Shown: positions 38,069-50,574 of the stretch, in pieces
Position numbering within the stretch: the stretch's first letter is position 1
Layout: the number at the start of each line of letters is the position of its first letter
Source of the DNA: Geosiphon pyriformis uo1
Taxonomy: Eukaryota > Fungi > Glomeromycota
Direction of reading: 5' to 3'
Length of the DNA: 64,000 nt
NCBI GenBank assembly: GCA_016748015.1
Contig: JAAOMT010000258.1
Location: 684,173-748,172, forward strand
Made by a program: the position numbers and the translations under genes
Notes under the pieces: generated by a model
The model's database searches: none
The model's input: the letters and a program-made list of their open reading frames with translations, nothing else
Told to the model about the DNA's origin: nothing

Positions 38069-40743
38069 ATGTCGAACGATAATGAACCTTACTCAGGTTA
38101 CTCCGGTAAGTTTTATATTAAATGACTCAACTTCCGATCCAAAATTTCTTTCTAATAGATCCTCTTCAGTTCTCGCCTCCTACTTAAAGGACCGTGAAGC
38201 TTGGTCATTCTATGGTTTCCTAAAGTCTCACCGTAATGTTATTGTAAATTCACCACCCTTTTCAGAAAAATGGGAAGGCCTTGAGAATGCATGGGCTACT
38301 CGTTTTTTGAGGGCCGTCCAAGAAATTATTCCAAATAACTATAAGGCTTTGGGAATAAAGGTTTTATCTTTCTATTTATAAAGATTCTTATTGCAAAATC
38401 AAATATAGCGAAAGGGGGCTCCTGAACGGTTGTCGGTCGTTCAGGGGTATTCGGTTGTCGGTCGACCCAAGTAATGATGGTTGCGCTCCTGGTCGGTTGT
38501 CGGTCGACCTTGGGTATCCGGTTGTCGGTCGGGCGCCATCATTGCGACTTGCTAAGATTTGCAAGATCGAGAAAATCTTTCATAATTTGGTGTTTGAAGT
38601 TTTTATGTTACAGTCACAAAACGTTGTCATTCTATTGTCTTCGCAATAGGTAAAGTCTGAATGCTTAAATCAAGGGTTAAAGCTTTATTGGGATGAAATA
38701 GTGCGTGAGCGAAAAGAAGTGAGTCAAATCTTAGATGTCATTTGATTGCTCTGATTATTATAACTAACGTAATCTATTATATAAAATAAGTTGTCGGTTG
38801 AGAACATACATGTTACTGGCAGTCTCGATCTGTTAGGTAAAGTCGGGAAGTATAATATTCAAAAATTAGGATCAAAATATCCTGAAAATCCGAAGCCAGG
38901 AGATGGTTGTCCAAAAAGGTAAGATTATTTGGGACTTATTAAATTTAAAGTTTATCCAAAGCTTTTTACTTACACTCTGGACATGATCTTATATTTTGAT
39001 GAAGCTTAGAACAACCCACATTGGGGAAAAGACGAAACACAAGCCATTGTGAGGAAGAGGTACAGATGCATATATTTTTAGCTACAATTATTTTGTCATT
39101 TATTTATAATGAAAACTACACTTTAGAATGATCAAACTGAGCAAAACATTCTGTCAGAGACAAAACGGACGAAAACTACAATTGTGGATGATCATAAAGG
39201 CAAGACAGATATTGTGGAGGACCATACAGATGAGATCGAAGACAATGAAAATATTGAATTTGATCTCGATTCACTTATCAGGAGTCTGCAACAAGAATTA
39301 ATATACGAAGTATTAAATTTTGGATTCCTTATTTTCCTGTTTTATTTTTATTAAGAGTTCTTCACATCAAAAGTTGCGGACGTATTTACACTTCGACTGC
39401 CAGTGTCATAGTTTTACTGGCGGCCCAAGCTATTGCCTTGGATATTAATCCCAATGACTTTTTTTGTGAATTAGTGGAAAGTTGGGAATATAAACGTTTC
39501 ACAAAAATTTCGTGAATATCAGCAAGAAGTTCTTAAAAAGCTTAAGACAACTAAATTAACTTGGCATAATACATATGAAATATTGTAAGTGTTGTGAAAT
39601 TTATAAGTTTGAAAATCACAATTATGCTCACATGTAAATGTAATTTCGCATTCACTTTAGGGCACTTTCATCCATTATTGTGCTTTGCCGAAGCTGTCCC
39701 TATCCAAATTATTTTACTAATGAAGAATGGCAGATGATAACTCAAACAAATCCACATACAATCCATGAACAAGTGATACCAGCCTCAGCATCAATTGCTT
39801 TACATGAGGCTGTGGTCAAACATTTGTCAGGCCAGGACAGTTATATGCATGCTGATGAAACTCCAATGAGCAGAGCAGTTGCACGAACTTTCAATGAGTT
39901 GTAGGTTGATGTTCTTTTTATTTTAATTTATTTAATAGAATTTAGTCAACAGAATTTATTTAACATATTCAGACGAGAAAATGTACCTGATCTTGCACCA
40001 CAAAAAACTTCAGAGGATGAACATTGTTGTCAATATTTGCATCCTTATATACGTCCAATTTTTCTGAAGAAATACAAGGATTATGAAGTGCAGTTGAATC
40101 GTGCTATCAAGGGCACAAGGCAAAGACCTGATCTTTCTTGTACCGTGGATACGGTACCTTTATTAAATTCTGAAGTTAAGCCATTAGGGTCGAGTACCCT
40201 AAAAAAGAAAAAGGATTTTGCAAAAGTTAATTTGCGAGCAAGGAAGACAATCAATCAGCTATTGACCTTGAAAGGTGGTCCAGGAAAAACAGCAATGCTC
40301 CTTAACTTTGGTCTGTTTTATTATATTGCTACCAGCTTGTTATCTTTTATTACTAAACAATTTATTGGAATTAAAGGTGATATCGTTCAAACATATTTTA
40401 TGGACCTACAATTTGATGGATTATATCGATCATGGCCTTTTCTCACAACAAAATTGGTAATTGACGAGCCCAGTTTACCTTTGATTGAGTCAAATATTGC
40501 TCATTTTGTGGCCTTGGAGGTATTTCATATTTTTCTTTATATATATATCATGTATTATTCTTTATATATATATATCATGTTTTTTTATTTTAAAATTTTC
40601 AATAAATATCTGCCCAGAGATGTGTAGGTGAACTTGCGAAAGATTATAAAAGTCGAAGGGTTCCATTCACACCACCTTTACAAATTCGGTATATGCGTAG
40701 TATTCCAGACTCTCCACAGATCCGTAACATGTTAGGTTTATAA
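38069..40743 (+). CDS. Intact ~539-aa protein with a C-terminal PD-(D/E)xK restriction-endonuclease-like domain (Crinkler/REase-type family), 11 exons
   Basis: Exons 38069-38105, 38170-38360, 38650-38718, 38791-38918, 39005-39059, 39127-39309, 39475-39584, 39661-39900, 39973-40310, 40377-40519, 40618-40743 join via GT-AG introns into one 1620-nt ORF. Motifs SEDEH...QRPDLSC...NSEVKP...KDFAKV. Basic NLS-like LGKRR and KRTK. Confidence 0.8.
38376..38585 (+). ncRNA. Putative structured intronic RNA: basal helix enclosing two three-way-junction modules with four GUUGUCGGU loops
   Basis: CGGTTGTCGGTCG at 38427, 38452, 38494 and 38519, each closed by a stem. Compensatory changes between modules. 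Basal pairings AAAGATT/AATCTTT, TTGCAAA/TTTGCAA, TAGCGA/TTGCTA. Confidence 0.7.
39361..39470 (+). ncRNA. Putative structured RNA element in intron 6 of the nuclease-fold gene
   Basis: Outer stem TTCACA/TGTGAA, AAAAGTTG/TGACTTTT and GGA/TCC encloses hairpins CTGCCAGT/ACTGGCGG and CCAAG/CTTGG. The 3' arm ends at 39470, just before the TTAG acceptor. Confidence 0.5.
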
Positions 40744-41348
40744 GGGATTGTATGAAGAATGTGGTTTTGATTTTTAACTATATGCCTATTTTATTGTGTT
40801 TAAAAAAATAAAATTTTTGGCAAATGGACTCATGTGTTGTACTGAATTGTGTGAAGTCAGTTTTTTGTTGAAATCAGATGTCGTCAATCTGGCTAATATA
40901 TTAAGCTATTATTAGTAAATTACAAAAATAAGGTCATTTTTAAGACATTTTGGTATGAATTAATTCTCATTAAATAACTAGTTATACGGAACAAGGCAAT
41001 AAAAGGCTTTAACCATTATTTAGTTTTAGACCTGTTCATTTTGAGTTCGTCTTGCTTTAATCAAAATTAACCAAAAGGTTTATTTTTAGACTAAAGGGAT
41101 AAGGGAAAATCCTTATTTTTCGATAAAAAAAAGGAGGGTCTTTGTCCCGAGGGATGTTCAAAGTTTTGGAGAGTATAGGTTTAAGATAGGATGGAATGGG
41201 AGCTATTCGGTCGTAAAGCTCAAATATATATATCGAGTTTAAAAACGATTAATTGTCGCTGTTTGGACTAGTATTTTCTAAATAAAAACTTTAAAATGTC
41301 TGGATTAATTAAATGAAATAAATTAGACCTAGCAGTTGAAATTCCTTT

Positions 41349-42996
<1,648 letters not shown>

Positions 42997-44117
42997 AGTT
43001 CCTAGAGGTTGTAAAAGGCAAAAGTAGAGGTGGAGAATTTATTGGAAGAGTAAAAGATGGAAAGAAAAGGGGATTATTGAAAGGATATAATTTTTTCTAC
43101 TCGAATTTCAACACTGGTTCCAATAATGCGACTACCAATCATATTCCTCTAGTCACACGATAAAACATGATATAAATAATAAATGATGGGGTTTTTATTA
43201 TTATTATTTCGGGGACCACTTACCATAACAAATCACTTTTTAATTCAAAAGAACATCGAATAAACCTTTGCCAAATTCAATTTTACCAAAAATTTCACCT
43301 TGAGTTTTTAATTATAATTATTTTCTTAACCTGAATTCCCAAAGGTTTGTTTTTCAACGATAAAATGGGCAAAATTTTTTTATATACCTTTTGTTTGAAA
43401 TATATCTTATCAAATTGTACACTTGACAATATTTAAATCACACGTGATAAAAACAGCTCCATTTGAATCTTTTTGCTAAACAAATATTCAAAATTTTATT
43501 GAAAGATTATTATCCGGCATAAATTATGAGAGTGACAATTAAAAAGTTATAATTATGAAATAAAGTGTCTTTCTTTGCATTTGATTAAGATGGCTAAACT
43601 TATTCAGAAAAACCTAGATGTTCCAAATTTTCTAGAATTATGAAAATGAGAAATATATTTACAGATAAATTTAACAATCAATTAATATAACATACATAAA
43701 ATTTACGAAATAGGAACACAATTCAAAATTCGTGTCGTTATATGATCAAGTCAATTGTTCTAATTTTCGACATCAATATGATGCGAATCGAAAACTTCGC
43801 TCTAATTAATCAAACTTTCTAATTCTCGAGCTATTTTTCTCTTATAGTCAAAGAATCGCTGAAATTTACATTTATTTAAAGAAAAATTCATAGATTAACA
43901 TCACTTGGGCTTCCATAAATTTTCTTTAATTTTGCCTCTCTCTGTCCCCAACTTTTTTAACTTTGCAATTTTTAAATCTAATCGGACTACTTTTGACGAA
44001 AATATTTAAATCTTTATATTTGTAAATAGTTTCTAAAATTTTTCACGAATTTTTTGTCTTTTCAAACCAAAATTTTCTCTCTATTATAAATTTAAATTTT
44101 AGATCATTATTCCCCTA

Positions 44118-45666
44118 ATGTTTTCAAATTATCCCAGATCTTTTATGATGACGAGGCAAAATGAACGTGACGAGCGGTTCTCAAATACTCAAGGATTCCC
44201 TGTTAAATATCAGCCGCAGCAAGGAACTTCAAGTTTCATGAACCAACCTATTCCTATATCACGTCCAAATCCACGTAAGTTGCATCAAATAGGTGACTAC
44301 TATTGAAAATTTCTACCTAAATTTAACGAGACTTTTACCGTATACAGCTTACGCTAAACTCTATCCAAATTACAAAAATTACAACAAACCAATCCAAGAT
44401 GGATCTTTCCAACAATCACTACCTCAAAAACAAATTTACCTTCCACCTCAACGCCGCCAATTCTTAAATTCTCATCATCTCAATTCACCTTTTCATTCGA
44501 ACCATCAAAGACTTTTTGTTCAACCAGACTGGAGGCTTATAGAACAAGATATTTTTGGCAATGAGTTGATCCCTGCAGCTGTCATGCCAATCAAACATGA
44601 GTACATCCCATTCAGACTGCAAGAAGTTAATTTAGGATCTCATGAAGTTTTGGGTCTTTCCAAGTACAAAGAAGATTATGCGAATTTCCAGTATCGCTAT
44701 TTAAATGGTATTATCGCTATTGAATTACCCCAGAAAACAGTAAAAATCTATATTCCATTGGAAGCGATCCAGGAGATTCATCAAATTGGACGAGATACTT
44801 TGGTGTTGTGCTTGCATGCTGATCGCAAGCATATGGTATTTTAATTGAATACATGTATTATGTAAATTTATGCCGTTTTTATTTTACTAACTCATTTTGC
44901 TTTTGCAGATTCAATACAAAATTTTAGATCAGAATCATGACCACCAAAAATTTCCAGTGATGATTGGTATTAGGGCTCGATTCTACGACATAATGGTTTG
45001 ATTTTCTTTTTACTATCCCCTAATATATTCATTCTTTAGACCATTCCTCTACCATTCGATTCGTAGCCGACCCAAATACCCCCCGGCAAAAGGTTGACCT
45101 TATCAGAATACATGTCAACTTTGAAATCCAAAAAAGTCGCGTCTTGAAAGTCCCATCCCTAGTTTGTGTAAAAGCTCATAAATTTCATCCTCCCGGTACC
45201 ATTTTTTCGGCGGGTGACGAAGTAAATTTTTCTCGAATTCTAAAATTATACTTCATCTTGTATTCTCTGCACACTAATCATTTTTCTTGATGGTTTTTTT
45301 TAGATGGCCAGCATCACGACTAATTCTACCACTGATGGCATTAATCCTAGTGGAAATCTTTTAATTAAGTTCCATTATAATGGTAAAGGTTCAGCAGCTA
45401 AGGGCGAGTCCGAAGCCGAGATTCAAGCACAAGAAGACGAAATTCGTTTATTTAGTTTCTCGCCGTCTATAAAATATGACAGTGTTAAAAAGATCATTCA
45501 ACAATCCTACGACATCCCTGAAATCAAAGAAATGGCTTGTCGCGTTAACCAGAATGATGGAGTTTCGCCCGAATTGTTCGTGATTCGTAGTGAGAATGAA
45601 TGGAATACAGCTCTTACACTTCATGTCCAACCTAATAAGAAATTTGAGTTGTGGTGGATTGAGTGA
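44118..45666 (+). CDS. Hypothetical multi-exon protein with Q/P-rich N-terminus and C-terminal PB1-like domain
   Basis: ORFs 44118-44306, 44293-44844 and 45304-45666 are linked by GT-AG introns and small exons. The C-terminus LLIKFHY...IRLFSF...YDSVKKIIQQSY...DGVSPELFVIRSENEWNTAL fits a PB1 pattern. Confidence 0.65.
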
Positions 45667-46844
45667 TTTTACTTCTTCCCTTTATAGATTTTATTAATTT
45701 TTAAGATTTTTGTTATTACTATTTTCTTATAGCGATATCATTTTCACTTTTAATTTTTTCCATAGCGTGAGAGAAAGGAGAGAGTAAAAAAGTAAACTGA
45801 ATTTATTATAAATTGTTAATTATAAGCTACAAAGATACAATAGGATAACTTATTGGTTTTTTCAAGTTTTGCTTAAGAATAAAAAATACTCCTTTAATCA
45901 GACATTTTTATATATTATTATCAGGCTTTGATTTCATATTATTATTTTTAAGAAAAAATAATTGCGACTTATTTTTGTATTTTTTTAATTGCAATTATCT
46001 ATATATTTAAGATAAACACCAATTTTTAATAGATTTCCTTGCCTTTTTCTTTTTTTAAACTTTACTTTTATTTAAAAAGTATTATCAAAAAACACTTATT
46101 AACAACATTTTCTACTGATTCAACTTTATTAAAAAAAAGTAGTCGGCCCTAAAAGACGTGGAAATATATTATTTGGATTTATGAAGTTTGACTGAAAAAT
46201 AAACTTAAAGTAAATTGAGAAAGGACTAATCAATCATATATTTATTCTTGAGAACACAATTTATAGCAATCCCCATATTAGAAATGTAGGAATGGTTTTG
46301 CTGTGAGGACTACATCCATGAGAGTCAAAATTGAATTAGATTTTTGATATTCAATAATGGTTAGTCATAATTATATTCTACTGATTAAATTAAAATATCC
46401 GTAATTAAGAAATTTGTAAAACCATTTTGACAAAAATAAAAAATCCTGTTTTTTATTAAAGTATTCCAACGATCAAAGTAAATTCTTATCAAAGAGAGAA
46501 GCAAATATCTACCTTCACCACTGGCCCTAAGAAATCGTCATATTAGATAACAATTATTTGGCCTTTGTACAAAAAACGCTCTAAAATTCTAGGTTGTGAG
46601 GTACAATTAATGTCAAGTAAAACTTTGAAACAGGCTGAATCTCACAGCTGTTTAATCCGAAAACTCTTCCCATCTCATATTTTAGTCCAGTGCTATAGAA
46701 AATTGTTGAAGGAAAGAGGTTTCGGTTGCATCGCTTTGACCATTGAAGAGTTTGTCAAACTGGATCAACATTTTTTTTCACTAAAGTATCAATTTACATG
46801 TATTTATTATAAAGAAATTTTGGCTGCATAAGATGAGTTATATT

Positions 46845-46926
46845 GACGGCGTGTCCGAGCGGTTAAGGAGTGTGACTAGAAATCACATGGGCTTTGCCCG
46901 CACAGGTTCAAATCCTGTCGCCGTCG
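46845..46926 (+). tRNA. tRNA-Ser (anticodon AGA), intronless
   Basis: Acceptor stem GACGGCG/CGCCGTC, D-arm GTCCGAGCGGTTAAGGAG, anticodon arm TGTGA-CT-AGA-AA-TCACA, long variable arm GGGCTTTGCCC, T-loop GGTTCAAATCC. Confidence 0.97.
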
Positions 46927-47329
46927 CGAAACTATTCTAATCCGAGAGACTATTACCTATTGGTAAAAATTTTTGACATATGATGGTTTGTAATTTAAAG
47001 TTTTAAAATTATTGAAAATCTTGATAAAAAATAATTTTATATTATTTTACTATTTATATTGAAATTTTTTGTTATTTGAATTTGAAATGTATTTTTATTT
47101 ATTATTTTATTTATTAAAAAATATAATTCTGATTTGCAAATTGTATAATTATAACTAATATAATTTACGAAAAATTAAAAGTTAAAAAATAAATATGTTC
47201 AAAAATAAATTTTTTAATTCTAAATTTTTTTATTTGGGGCCCAGGCCTTCTCGCAACACACATGACCAATCAAAAGTCATTTTTGGTAATAAATTACTTA
47301 AGTAGCTCTAATTTTTTATATTTAAAGTC

Positions 47330-47660
47330 ATGAACTTGGATTGGGGTTATGAATTTGGTCTTGCAGAAAATGCTGGCGTTAAGTCTGAAAATAAAAATAA
47401 AATGTCAAACTATTTATTTAAAGCGAAGAAAAACTTACGAGACATGTTACGATCACTTGATTACCTTCCTGATAGAGGCAATTCCTCAATTATTGATATG
47501 GCCAGAATGCAAAGCACTTCTAGCTTTTGTGTAAGTATTGTTTTTAAAAACAAGTTATGACAATGTTGTTATTAGATTCCACCCGGTGCGGGTAGGCTCC
47601 TTTACTATTCCGCTAACATTCACCGAGTTTCATCATTCTGCGCGTTCGGATAGGTCTTTT
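47330..47660 (+). pseudogene. Possible fragment of a second REase-fold/Crinkler-like gene
   Basis: WGYEFGLAENAG...KAKKNLRDMLRSL resembles the E-x-G-x-x-E ... K..K..KDML C-terminal pattern of fungal REase-like families. One GTAAGT...TTAG intron. No upstream exons found. Confidence 0.3.
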
Positions 47661-47910
47661 TTTTTACTGTATTTGCTACTTAGTTTCTGAAATAACTTCA
47701 ACTTTATTGGTCCCAACATCAAACCATAATCAATGGACGCCCTCAAAAGGCAAAACAAAACAGCAATCTATTTTACAATAAAATTTATAATAAAAATATA
47801 TATATATAACAACGCATTTATTTTTAATTTAAAAACTAATTTTTGCTTTATCTTATGAAATTTGAGCCATACAACTTAAAAATTCTCTCTAGTCAGCAAA
47901 AGTTTTAGAA

Positions 47911-48919
47911 ATGGTAAATTACAAGCTCAAAGAATTCTATCTTATTCTACTTTTCCTACTTTAAACTGACTCATCAATTTAACAGTCTCAGCTCCTAAGG
48001 CCTCTCTCTACTGTTCTATATAAGTGTGGGCAGTTCAGCTTGTCTAAAGTCATTTTGTAAGCTTCTGATTCCATCTGCCACGGTTCATGTCTTTGACATA
48101 GTGTCGCTATGTTCATAATGATTCTCGAGTTTTTATGGGAAAATCATTAGTTCAACTCTCTCATTTGTAGAGGAAGTTGTCCTTCCTTTCCTTTTGAGAA
48201 TTGTCAGTTTAAAATCGAGAAGCAATCGTATCATTACGCCACTGAAGCTATCGCAAAATCGAAAGAAAGGTTACCAACCCCAGGGTCACCTGTTGCTAAA
48301 ACTGGATCGAAAATCACGAAAATTGTTGATCAAATCGCTTCCTTGACCTTACTGGAGACGGCTGATCTTGTTCAAGAACTGAAGGCATTTAATCAAAATC
48401 TAAAATTATTTTCAAGTCATACTCTAATCCATTTTTATTATATTAGACCCGCCTCAATATTCAAGATATATTAATGCCAGTAGGCAACATTTCTAACGCA
48501 ACATCAGCTCCCACAACAGCTGCGCCTGTAGTCGAGGTTTGTGATTTTTAATTATTATCAACATAATGTTTTTTTGAGCAACTTATACAGAATATTATTA
48601 CTTGATAGGAAGAAAAAACCCCAGAGAAAACCGAGTTCAAAGTGAAATTAGAGAAGTATGATGCTGCTGCTAAAACTAAAATAATTCGAGAAATTAAAAA
48701 TATAATCACGGGAATGAATTTAGTAGAGGTAAGAAATAATATAATTTCTTACTAAAGAATGAATATATTTCACCGCATAAAATGATTGACATCGTCTTTT
48801 AGGCTAAGAAATTTGTAGAGGGAGCGCCAAAAGTAATCAAAGAAAGTGCAAGTAAAGAAGAAGCAGAAAAAATCAAAAAAACGATTGAGGCACTTGGTGG
48901 CTTTGTTGTATTAGAATGA
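47911..48919 (+). CDS. MRPL12: Mitochondrial ribosomal protein L7/L12 (bL12m), 6 exons
   Basis: M|[13 protein letters not shown] (presequence)...[22 protein letters not shown]|TRLNI...[25 protein letters not shown]...MNLVE|[38 protein letters not shown]. The 5' exon boundaries are less certain. Confidence 0.92.
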
Positions 48920-49063
48920 TTGGATGAAAAAAATTACAAGGTTCGTGATGACTTTAATTTTTTTCCAAGTGATAATTAACTAATTTAACAAAATTGAGAA
49001 TTAAATACAATTATGATTTCTTATTTTTTTCTTGGTTAGCAGTCAGAGTTGATTGTTCGAAAT

Positions 49064-50281
49064 TCAATCCCAATCTTTCTTGATATCAAAGGACTGGGAT
49101 AGACGGATAAATAAATAAATTCAAGGTAAGCCTGTGATATTAGTGATGAATTAAAGTAAAAATAATTATCAAGTTAATTAATCTTACCCAAGCCCATTCA
49201 ATATGGGTGACCCCATCATCATCAACGAATTTACTCTAAAACCACAAATGGATGATTAGTTCAGGTATAATAAAATGAAAAATATTTCCAAATTTCAAGG
49301 AATAGTTCTTTACCTTGGCATCATAATGACCACGAGCGAGCATACCACTGGGTGCCTCCTCAGGAATAAACTGTTTACGAATGCACAGGAAAATAAATCA
49401 TGACATGTATCTCAAGCAAAATCAATCTGTGCTAACTTCACCTTTTTTTCATAGGGATCTTCGCTAGGACCGTAACTGCCAATCATCTCTTCAGTTTTAT
49501 CGACTATTAAATTGCGAAAATAATTTCATGTATTTTTATTATGCGAGATCGAACGGAGAACAAGGTACCAAGTTTAGCTAATTGTATAATACCTCGGATT
49601 CCTTTTCTCTTCACGACTTGCAGATATTTAAGACCGGAAACTACATCATGTTGAATTCTTTAAAGAGACATAAGTCAAATTCATGAATCCCAGAGTGTTC
49701 CAAATTCAAACCCTTGGGTTTACTTACCTAAATTTGACTTTCATGCGGTATTCAACACCTTCTTTGATCACAAAAGGTTGATTTTTGAGAGATGCGAGGG
49801 CCTCTATTTATATTAAAATATGAGGTCATTTTATATTCGCAGTATCTATAAAGGGAATTGTCAGGAATGCTATTCACCTTTACTCGACAAATCCAAAGCA
49901 ACATCTGGTCTGCCTTTAACCTCCAAGGCAAGTTGCAAAATAACAACCTAGATTTTGTGAGATTAGGTTTGGTTTATGCATAAAGCGATTCACAGTTTCG
50001 ATAAGTCTTACCTTACGGTCATCATTCGAGGGTCCTGTAGTAGTGTTCGTCGAAGAGAAGGTTATCCACTTATTGTTTCAAAATGAACTTCTAAAGTGAG
50101 TCTAAAAAAATGATATATGCTTACCAGCGACTTGACCCAAACCAAGAGACGCTTTCCATTTATTAAGTGATTCGTCAGCAGCGTCCAAATCCTTATATTC
50201 ATCTATTGACTTCTTTTCACCGGGCCTATAGCCTGCAGTTGTAGTAGGAGCGAAATCATCATCTTCAACATGTTCTGACAT
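49064..50281 (-). CDS. RDI1: Rho GDP-dissociation inhibitor, multi-exon
   Basis: MSEHVEDDDFAPTTTAGYRPGEKKSIDEYKDLDAADESLNKWKASLG...FVIKEGVEYRMKVKF...VVSGLKYLQVVKRKGIR...EEMIGSYGP...EEAPSGMLARGHY...SKFVDDDGVTHIEWAWSFDIKKDWD*. Confidence 0.95.
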
Positions 50282-50574
50282 TGCGGCAGAGTTCTTAGGG
50301 CTCGGTATACGCAGATGAGAAAAGGTGCGGTTAAAAGTATTAAAGACCAGTAGTGCGAAAGACGTGCCCGCCGCTACAGTACTGGAACTAATAGCATCAA
50401 ATTATCTGTTATGGGAGATACAAGCCACCAAATGCATGCAGAAAAAGGTGCGCAACTATATCAGATGTTTTTAAGTTTTGTTTGTTGTACATTGTAAAAG
50501 CTGTTAACCAATTCGTTAAGTGTAAAATCGACTTTAATTGCGCACCCAGTTTTAGAAAACAAATTTTGTGAATA

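Noticed and set aside
38427-38531. Four 13-bp repeats as a CRISPR array
   Set aside because: Eukaryotic intron, repeats too short, spacers alternate 12/29/12 nt and are themselves related and base-paired, and no cas genes.
38427-38531. TGTCGG/ACCGAC as plant ARF or DREB binding sites
   Set aside because: Fungal context, and the compensatory stems with G-U pairs point to RNA structure rather than dsDNA sites.
38455-38649. 64-aa ORF over the repeats
   Set aside because: Lies wholly within intron 2 of a gene that splices cleanly without it, and starts at TTG.
39370-39445. Twister or HDV-like ribozyme in intron 6 (GGCCCAAGC resembles the twister L4 loop)
   Set aside because: The enclosing P4 stem, the UAA cleavage-site context and the pseudoknot partners could not be built.
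40533-40580. Tandem duplication (ctttatatatatatcatgt)x2 in intron 10, and (atatatc)n at ~42298-42324
   Set aside because: Ordinary slippage repeats in AT-rich introns.
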